A stretch of 64,000 nucleotides of DNA, taken from sequence record OP079919.1. One strand, 5' to 3'. Of this stretch, positions 57,211 through 64,000 are shown piece after piece (within the stretch, counting starts at the first letter, position 1; every line of letters begins with the position of its first letter). The notes below the pieces were generated by a model. That model saw only the letters and a list, made by a program, of their open reading frames with translations. It was not told the origin of the DNA and did not search any database. Both the position numbers and the translations under genes were made by a program.

Positions 57211-57837
57211 ATGGACACCAAATCCCCGGATTTTTATTTTGATTTAGACGACACCCTGACCGGCACCAACCCTTATTTATATCGCCGCGCTAAAACGTTT
57301 ACTAAGCTGAATGGAGAACATGACGTTCACGACGTTCTCGTTCAATCAGAAAAGAATGGATTAACGACCCTACAACTACCTAAACCAATAGGTGATTACA
57401 TTTTTACCAACTTCCTGGAAGACGGTAACTTTATGTTATCTGTTAACCGGTCTCCGTTATTAGAAGGGAATCTGGAAGCTTTTATTTGCTTGCTCAAAAC
57501 AATAAAAGCTAAAGGTGGAAAGGTAGGTGTTTGTACCCATCGCGGGTTTCATCCCAAAGCTAAATCTTACTCCGAATATTGGCTAGATGCTAATATCGGA
57601 ATGAAGCATTTTGACGAAGTCCACGTCCTCGACCCCAAGGTTCATCCTGATAAGTTGAAGTACCTCGAGACCCAGTCAGAATCCTTTAAGTTGGTTGACG
57701 ATAACCCGCTACATGATCTGAATAAGGTTCATGCTAGAGATAGTCGAATTCTGCATTATAACGGCATTTCCGATTACTCCGGTTATCGCCTTCAGCGCAA
57801 GGTTAAATCCGTTTCTGATATCATGCAACTGCTTTAA
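57211..57837 (+). CDS. HAD-superfamily hydrolase (5'(3')-deoxyribonucleotidase-like)
   Basis: Motif I FDLDDTL, motif II CTHR, motif IV LVDDNP. Confidence 0.7.
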   Translation: MDTKSPDFYFDLDDTLTGTNPYLYRRAKTFTKLNGEHDVHDVLVQSEKNGLTTLQLPKPIGDYIFTNFLEDGNFMLSVNRSPLLEGNLEAFICLLKTIKAKGGKVGVCTHRGFHPKAKSYSEYWLDANIGMKHFDEVHVLDPKVHPDKLKYLETQSESFKLVDDNPLHDLNKVHARDSRILHYNGISDYSGYRLQRKVKSVSDIMQLL

Positions 57838-57851
57838 ATTTAAACGATACC

Positions 57852-57881
57852 TACTATCTCTTGGGAAACCAAGAGATAGTA
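57852..57881 (+). terminator. Intergenic hairpin with GAAA tetraloop
   Basis: 13-bp perfect stem TACTATCTCTTGG-GAAA-CCAAGAGATAGTA. Confidence 0.65.
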
Positions 57882-57915
57882 AAACCACTATTTTTGCATT
57901 TAGGAAATTTTTACC

Positions 57916-59820
57916 ATGAGAGAGCAACTAGCTGAACAAATCAGGTATCATAATAAACGTTATTTTTTAGATAACGATCCGGAAATATCCGACGATCAAT
58001 ACGACGAATTAAAACGGCAATACGACGCGTTGGGTGGTAATAAAAGTGCTTCCCCCATCTTGTTAGACATGGAGGGGAGTGCTCTGCACAAGGTAGGGTT
58101 AGACATCCCCATGCTATCTTTATCTAAGAAATTGAACTTATCGGAATACGAAGCCTGGGAATCCGATTACGAAGATAAGGATAAATATCATTCTTACAAA
58201 CTGGACGGTCTGGCGATTGAAGCCTGTTATGAGTTTGGCTTGTTAACTAAGCTCCGTACACGAGGAGATGGGTTAACTGGCGAAGATATCTTAGATAATG
58301 CCGGGGTCTTCTCACCAGATCAGCTCCCTTTAGAAAATCCAGCTTTAAAGGATTTCCACCGAGTTTGGTTACGAGGGGAAGGGTACGTCAGACTGGACGA
58401 TCTGGTTGTTATCAATGAGATCAACGCCAAGAGTTATCCCAATTGTCGTAGTGCGGCATCGGGTCTTATTCGTAGAAATCCAAAAGACAACGTGGATCTG
58501 GCAGGTAAGATCTCTTATAACGTTTATTGGTGTAGTGACCGTTTCGGTTTAGAGACTTACTCCGCCGTTATGGATAAACTCCGTGACTTCGGTTTCAGTA
58601 CTGCGCCGGAATGTCAGTATGAAGACATCGTCAATAATAACCGCCCTCCCCTTCTTCCTACCGACGGAATCGTTTCCGTTATTGATAGTTTTTCTGATCA
58701 AGACGAATTGGGTTCGACTAATGAATACCCTCGCTGGGGCGTTGCTTATAAGTTCCCTCCAGAGCAAGCGGAAACCATTGCTGAAAACGTTTCGTGGGAA
58801 ACGGGTAGAACCGGTCGGGTCACCCCTGTTCTCACCTATAAGGCGGTCACATTAGGTGGCAACACAAATACGGAATGTTCTTTGTTTAATTATCGTCACT
58901 TTATCAAAACGGGTGTGCGTAAAGGAAGCCGGATTATCATTGCTCGTAACGGTGACGTCATTCCTTATTTCGTTAAGGTTGTGGAAGCCGGATTAGGGGA
59001 TGAGTTTAAAACCCCTAAAGTCTGTCCGTCATGTTCGTCTATCCTGATGTATGAAGGGAAAGACGAGAAGAACATCTTCTTAACCTGTAAAAATACCGCG
59101 GATTGTCCAGCGCAGCATATCCAGAGATTCATTAATTTTGTCAGTCGTAAGGGATTGGATATCAAAGGTTACGGCGATAAGATGATGGAGAAGCACGTCG
59201 GGGAAGGGAAAGTCAGTACGCTTTCTGACATTCTTAACTTAGGAGAAATCCTTTCAGGGGAGGGTTTGGATAGGAATACGGAGAAAGTTATTGAGAAACT
59301 TAATAACTTAGGAAGTTACCCGGCGTATAAAGTGCTGGGGGCTTTAGGGATTCCTGGTGTCGCGGAAGGAACAGCTAAACTCATCACTGCTCGAGTCAGT
59401 AGCGTAGAAGATCTGATTGCTCTACTCAAGGACGTTAATCGTTTACTGGAGATTGAGGGCGTTGGGGTGAGTACCGTAAATGAGATCCAGTCGTTTTTAG
59501 GCAATCCCGTTCTCCTTACGGATACTGAAAACGTGCTGAATAAACTAACACTAACGTTTGAAAAAGGGCAAGAGCACGATATCAAAGTGTGTGTTACTGG
59601 CGGGTTGTCTATTCCACGCAGTGCAGCAGAAGAGTTGTTCAATCTTTCTGGGATTGAGTTACTGGACGGGGTAACTAAAAAGATGGATGTTCTCGTCTTC
59701 GCACCTGGAGGGAGTCAGGGTAAGAAAGATAAAGCTATCGCCATGAATAAAGTGGTTATAGAAGCAACCGACGTTCACACTGTAGAACAAATTATCGATC
59801 AAATATTAACAGCCATTTAG
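57916..59820 (+). CDS. ligA: NAD+-dependent DNA ligase
   Basis: Ia domain (YHNKRYF...SDDQYD), adenylation motif KLDG, RGDG..GEDI, RGE, DGIV, PRWGVAYKF, TGRTGRVTP, Zn finger CPSC...C...C, HhH motifs and BRCT (VCVTG). Confidence 0.95.
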   Translation: MREQLAEQIRYHNKRYFLDNDPEISDDQYDELKRQYDALGGNKSASPILLDMEGSALHKVGLDIPMLSLSKKLNLSEYEAWESDYEDKDKYHSYKLDGLAIEACYEFGLLTKLRTRGDGLTGEDILDNAGVFSPDQLPLENPALKDFHRVWLRGEGYVRLDDLVVINEINAKSYPNCRSAASGLIRRNPKDNVDLAGKISYNVYWCSDRFGLETYSAVMDKLRDFGFSTAPECQYEDIVNNNRPPLLPTDGIVSVIDSFSDQDELGSTNEYPRWGVAYKFPPEQAETIAENVSWETGRTGRVTPVLTYKAVTLGGNTNTECSLFNYRHFIKTGVRKGSRIIIARNGDVIPYFVKVVEAGLGDEFKTPKVCPSCSSILMYEGKDEKNIFLTCKNTADCPAQHIQRFINFVSRKGLDIKGYGDKMMEKHVGEGKVSTLSDILNLGEILSGEGLDRNTEKVIEKLNNLGSYPAYKVLGALGIPGVAEGTAKLITARVSSVEDLIALLKDVNRLLEIEGVGVSTVNEIQSFLGNPVLLTDTENVLNKLTLTFEKGQEHDIKVCVTGGLSIPRSAAEELFNLSGIELLDGVTKKMDVLVFAPGGSQGKKDKAIAMNKVVIEATDVHTVEQIIDQILTAI

Positions 59821-59830
59821 GAGAAAAGCA

Positions 59831-60157
59831 ATGCGAATTATTAAAATCGTAACTGTTTTTGTAGATGCGACTATGGAGGAGATCAAAGCGATCGTGAAAC
59901 AACACGTCGATCGTAATTTATACGAAGATCATATCCTCGAATACAAAGAAGGTTCGGCCGTTTTCTTGGTTGCCGAAAACCAAGCTGGATTGGTTGCGAC
60001 CTCTTTGCAAGGCGCTTTCGATAATTCGGAATACATGCCTCGCTCTACGTTAACGGATACTGACAAGGGATTGATCGTATTGCGTTACACCAAACTCACT
60101 GGGGACCTGCGCGCTTCTAACGGTACTCGTAATCAAGCCAAAGCCATGTTTAACTAA
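59831..60157 (+). CDS. Hypothetical protein, 108 aa
   Basis: AGGAG SD. Confidence 0.5.
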   Translation: MRIIKIVTVFVDATMEEIKAIVKQHVDRNLYEDHILEYKEGSAVFLVAENQAGLVATSLQGAFDNSEYMPRSTLTDTDKGLIVLRYTKLTGDLRASNGTRNQAKAMFN

Positions 60158-60172
60158 TTGGATATCGACAAA

Positions 60173-61450
60173 ATGACCAAAGAAACTAAAGTAGAGAACA
60201 AATCCGACGTTACCCTTTCTGCAGATAAACAAAAAGAGGCGAATGGATTTAAAATTCGAGAGAAGCGAGCGCAGGTCGCTAGTCCTAAACGCGATTATAG
60301 TTTGGTAATCGATGGGGAGGATAAAACTTCGGAGCTGGCTGAGGTTGAAGAACCCAAACTCACCGAAATCAAACTCATCCTTGGGGTTGGCGGCGGACGT
60401 TATAAAAATGAAGGTAGCTTAAAAAATCTTTTTGAAAAAGAAGGCGTTGAATTAAAAGAATTTACCTTTAAACATAACGGTAAAGATCTCAGTGTCATTT
60501 TAAGTAAGGGATCGCGCGTAACGCTGAATCTTAATTCTAAAAATCGGATGTACTTCCTCGATGAAGAATACGATAACCGCGAAACGTTCGTCAGAGACTA
60601 TCGATTGCAAGGACTCTTCCATCCGTCTTTTGCTTGGGGTGAACGCAAAGATTTTGACAGTATGTTAGTGGTTCTTAATTCCGTCGTCGAATTGAAATAC
60701 GTCAGAGGCGTCAATCTTGTTATCAACCAAGATATCTCTGAGGGGTCGCTGACTTCTTCTTACATCTATAACAATTGCCAGCGTGAATACATCAAGCTCA
60801 AAAACCCCACCGTCTACTATTCCGAAATAGAAGAAGGAAATCTGGGCGATCATTCATACATCGGAAGAAGTGTGCTGCGCGATAGTTCTGTGAGGGGTAA
60901 ACATATCTCGATCACTAACTCAGCTTTGGTGGAGACAAGGATTGACTCTGAAGCCGGATTGAATGCTTCTCAAATACGTCTGAACCGTTCTAATATCAAC
61001 TGTTTGAAAGGAAAGGTTAACTTTGACGGAGGTTCTTTTAAAGAATACTCCGACCTGAATATTGGGACGGTAAATGACATTTTTATCAAACGCAAAGTTG
61101 ACGTGCTGGAATACTCCATTGGTGATATCACCCTGGTGGGGGTTCGTAAAGGTACCGGCTACCCCCGTTCTATCGATGACGAGAATGGTGTTGAAATGAT
61201 CATTTCGATGCCTTATCGCTACGTCGATAATGCTTCAGAAATCATTGTTAGAGATAAAGATACTCGCAGCGAAATCTCAGCTAAGGTCGCTAAGCTCATT
61301 TTCAATAGAGACGTCGATAAGATCATTTATCAGGGTCCGTTCCAGAGTAACACCGTGGAGTCGACCATCGTAGAATCTTTCTCCGACGCCATTATGTCCC
61401 GTCTTCGTCTGCTGACGATGATTGATGCGGCTTTACACGTAGGAATTTAA
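60173..61450 (+). CDS. Hypothetical protein with central beta-solenoid-like Ser/Ile repeats
   Basis: Start uncertain (TTG at 60158 or ATG at 60173); region SSYIYNN...YSEIEEGNL...RSVLRDSSV...SITNSALVETRI...RSNINC. Confidence 0.55.
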   Translation: MTKETKVENKSDVTLSADKQKEANGFKIREKRAQVASPKRDYSLVIDGEDKTSELAEVEEPKLTEIKLILGVGGGRYKNEGSLKNLFEKEGVELKEFTFKHNGKDLSVILSKGSRVTLNLNSKNRMYFLDEEYDNRETFVRDYRLQGLFHPSFAWGERKDFDSMLVVLNSVVELKYVRGVNLVINQDISEGSLTSSYIYNNCQREYIKLKNPTVYYSEIEEGNLGDHSYIGRSVLRDSSVRGKHISITNSALVETRIDSEAGLNASQIRLNRSNINCLKGKVNFDGGSFKEYSDLNIGTVNDIFIKRKVDVLEYSIGDITLVGVRKGTGYPRSIDDENGVEMIISMPYRYVDNASEIIVRDKDTRSEISAKVAKLIFNRDVDKIIYQGPFQSNTVESTIVESFSDAIMSRLRLLTMIDAALHVGI

Positions 61451-61453
61451 ATC

Positions 61454-62059
61454 ATGTTAAAAATTCGTTTCGAAGAATTAAAGACGTTTAACAAACTCAT
61501 TGTTAACGACTTTACCATTAAGGTCGATAAAGGTCACGAGAACCTCCCAGCCGAGCTTTACGAAGGTAAGACGCTCATCGCTACCATACCGACAACAAAA
61601 TCGTCCTCAGGCGTTCCTATTAAGCCTATGGGGTTATTCCCGTTCGTTACTTTAATGGCCATGGGTGGGGCTATTATCAGTCAACAGAAAGAAGGGGTCT
61701 TTGATAAACTCCAGGGTTTATCCGAAGAGATCTTTTCTCAAGTAATCCATCGACAAACGATGGGAGAGCAGTTCTGCGACGATCCTAAGAATCACAAGTA
61801 CCTTCGTGTGTGCTTGGATAATGGGGCGTGGTCAACTGAGAAGGAAATCCAACCCGGTATTTTTGTGAATAACGAGTTTTACGTGTCGTCCAACGTTAAT
61901 TCGAAAAATCAACGTTTTATGAAGGTTATTTCCATAACCGACGTCGCCTCCCCTAATCGTAAAAATATCGTTAGGCAGGAACTCCGTCAGGTTTACGTCT
62001 TCACCGTACCGTTTGGGGAATTCGGATTTAAACACGAATTGGTCCAATCGATTAAATAA
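61454..62059 (+). CDS. Hypothetical protein, 201 aa
   Basis: AGGA SD; tiles the operon. Confidence 0.5.
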   Translation: MLKIRFEELKTFNKLIVNDFTIKVDKGHENLPAELYEGKTLIATIPTTKSSSGVPIKPMGLFPFVTLMAMGGAIISQQKEGVFDKLQGLSEEIFSQVIHRQTMGEQFCDDPKNHKYLRVCLDNGAWSTEKEIQPGIFVNNEFYVSSNVNSKNQRFMKVISITDVASPNRKNIVRQELRQVYVFTVPFGEFGFKHELVQSIK

Positions 62060-62066
62060 CGTTGAG

Positions 62067-62088
62067 AGGGGAGATTAAGTTCTCCCCT
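62067..62088 (+). terminator. Intergenic hairpin
   Basis: AGGGGAGA-TTAAGT-TCTCCCCT followed by ATTT. Confidence 0.55.
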
Positions 62089-62111
62089 ATTTAACCAACG
62101 AGGATAAGATT

Positions 62112-62633
62112 TTGGATCAAATTACTATTTACACCGATGGTAGTTGTCTTGAAAATAGTTCTGCCGGAGGACCGGGTGGGTGGGCGTACATTATCGTCGG
62201 TAAGGATGAAAAATATTCGATAGAACAAAACAAAGGTTATTTTAAAACCACAAATAACCGAATGGAAATGATGGCGTGTTTAGAAGCGTTATTGGAGTTC
62301 GATTACCCGAAAAGAATTATCATTCATACCGATAGCCAATATCTCATCGACGGGATGACTAAATGGATCTACGGTTGGAGAAAAAGGAATTGGGTGACGG
62401 GTTACGGGGAAGCGGTTAAAAATAAAGACCTTTGGCAGGCGTTGATTGACGCAAGCAAATTTCATAAGGTCACCTACGTGAAAGTTAAAGCGCACAACGG
62501 CGATAAGTATAATGAACGTTGCGATGTTCTCGCTAAAGAAGCAGCGAGAAACCCAGAGCTTGATGACGTAGGATTTGTTCCCGTACACAACCCACCCAAA
62601 ATTAAATATCCTTATTACTTTAGGAAAAGATAA
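62112..62633 (+). CDS. rnhA: Ribonuclease HI
   Basis: IYTDGSC, GPGGWA, TNNRMEM, HTDSQY, VKNKDLW, VKAHNG and NERCDVLA; TTG start with GAGGA SD. Confidence 0.93.
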   Translation: MDQITIYTDGSCLENSSAGGPGGWAYIIVGKDEKYSIEQNKGYFKTTNNRMEMMACLEALLEFDYPKRIIIHTDSQYLIDGMTKWIYGWRKRNWVTGYGEAVKNKDLWQALIDASKFHKVTYVKVKAHNGDKYNERCDVLAKEAARNPELDDVGFVPVHNPPKIKYPYYFRKR

Positions 62634-62635
62634 TC

Positions 62636-63976
62636 ATGGTTTCAATTGATGATGTGCAGAAAAAACTCACCGCTTATTTTGACGACCGTTTAATCGGACA
62701 ACCTGAATTAGTAGAGGGTATCGTAACCAATATCAAACTACGAGAAATCTACCATAACAATTTAGCCTTTGCTAAAGAAACTGGGATTTATATCCCCCCT
62801 TTAAATATGCTGGTTAGGGGGAAATCCGGTAACGGTAAAAGTCATTCAATTAACTTTATCTGCCGATCTTTGGGATTACCTTTCGTCAGCGTCAACGCCA
62901 CGGATTTTACTTCTTCCGGTTATGTTGGGGCTTCGCTGTCAGATATTCCTAAAATGCTGATCGATGAAGCAGAAAGGATTCTTAAAGAAAACGATCAAAA
63001 TAAAGTAGGGTTCGACACATCCACTCCAGCACGGGATGATAAGGATATTGAGGAAGCCGACAATCGTTTTAAAGCGATAGAAAAAGAGTTGGTCGATTTG
63101 GGTATCGGAGTTGATAAATTAGGACCTAAGAGACCCGCCTTTGCCCACTCCATACGTTTGTATGAAAAGGCAAACGCCCACAAAATCAGAGTTTGTTTCC
63201 GTAACAAAATGCCTAAGAAACTTTATGCTGAATTGACGGAAGGAAAAGACTTTACCGGGAAAGAGAAGACGAAGATTAATAGTTTGTTAAATAAACTTTG
63301 TTTACCTCATAAGCCCTACGTCTTTAAATTCGACACAAGTTTCATCGATAAATTCAAGTTAGGGAAAACAAGGGATTCCGACCCTGAGGCTAAAGAGTAT
63401 GCCCAAAATAAGGGCATCGTCATGATCGATGAGATCGATAAAATCCTTATGGGTAAGAACGGACAATACAACGTTGGTACTCATGGGATCATTAGGGAGA
63501 TTTTAGCGTATCTGTCCGGATCGAACATTATGTGCGGAGGGGATATGTTTGATACGTCAAACATCATCTTTATCTGTGCTGGTGCTTTTGACATGGTTGA
63601 CTTTAAAGATATCCCCACCGAACTCTTAGGTCGGCTCCCTACACGTTTAACTGTTAAGGACCCTACTGAAGATAGCCTTTACCGGATGCTGACTTCCCAG
63701 GTAGTCGATCCGTGGGGTATGGTAAAACTCATTCTTCGTAACAAAGGATGTGAGAATTTTATCATTAGTGATGAAATTTCTAGGTATATCGCCAAACGTG
63801 TTATTGAGGACGAAAAGATCAAACCCATTGGGGTCAGACGTTTAATGGCCGTGATTAGCGAAATAGCTAAAATCTATTATCTCATGGACGAGATAGATAA
63901 AGAGATAACTTTATCAGAGTTCGTAGCGGATAAAGCACTTAAAACGATTAGAGACGGTTTATTAGAATCGGTTTAA
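62636..63976 (+). CDS. hslU: HslU/ClpX-family AAA+ unfoldase
   Basis: Walker A GKSGNGKS, pore loop ATDFTSSGYVG, long inserted domain, Walker B IDEIDKI, IIFICAGAF, PTELLGRLP (sensor/Arg finger) and IGVRRL. Confidence 0.75.
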   Translation: MVSIDDVQKKLTAYFDDRLIGQPELVEGIVTNIKLREIYHNNLAFAKETGIYIPPLNMLVRGKSGNGKSHSINFICRSLGLPFVSVNATDFTSSGYVGASLSDIPKMLIDEAERILKENDQNKVGFDTSTPARDDKDIEEADNRFKAIEKELVDLGIGVDKLGPKRPAFAHSIRLYEKANAHKIRVCFRNKMPKKLYAELTEGKDFTGKEKTKINSLLNKLCLPHKPYVFKFDTSFIDKFKLGKTRDSDPEAKEYAQNKGIVMIDEIDKILMGKNGQYNVGTHGIIREILAYLSGSNIMCGGDMFDTSNIIFICAGAFDMVDFKDIPTELLGRLPTRLTVKDPTEDSLYRMLTSQVVDPWGMVKLILRNKGCENFIISDEISRYIAKRVIEDEKIKPIGVRRLMAVISEIAKIYYLMDEIDKEITLSEFVADKALKTIRDGLLESV

Positions 63977-64000
63977 ACTTATATCCTGGGCGGATCCGCC

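Noticed and set aside
1-64000. Stop-codon reassignment
   Set aside because: Genes tile the window in the standard code, and TAA, TAG and TGA are all used as genuine stops (for example TAG at 3897 and 7335).
63989-64000. Palindrome GGCGGATCCGCC at the window edge
   Set aside because: Truncated by the window boundary, so it cannot be evaluated as a terminator.

Overview
This window is a 64-kb segment of a phiKZ-related jumbo myophage genome (Chimalliviridae-like), and the codon bias of its highly expressed genes suggests an enterobacterial host. It is read in the standard genetic code and is almost fully coding. From left to right it holds: a cluster of internal head proteins; conserved virion/baseplate genes; the phiKZ-type core block (DnaB helicase on the minus strand, small virion protein, major capsid protein, non-virion RNA polymerase beta subunit fragment); the portal and baseplate genes; RuvC; candidate lysis genes (holin-like, i-spanin/o-spanin pair); a beta-helix tailspike and three paralogous >1000-aa fibre proteins; the central spike; SbcC; and an accessory block (signal-peptide lytic transglycosylase, HAD hydrolase, NAD-dependent ligase, RNase H, HslU-like ATPase). 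No tRNA, rRNA, CRISPR array, intron, intein or transposase was seen. The most notable observations are: (1) an early-promoter cassette of three paralogous, strongly codon-optimised glycine-zipper membrane proteins; (2) two separately encoded Sec-exported periplasmic proteins behind the same promoter motif, one a lytic transglycosylase; (3) a G-X-E prohead-protease signature followed by an amphipathic helix across head proteins; (4) a family of purine/pyrimidine-skewed intergenic hairpins, many with TAA-containing loops and no U-tract; (5) an acidic repeat tail on one fibre paralog. Family assignments come from motif recognition and recalled synteny; no database search was run.
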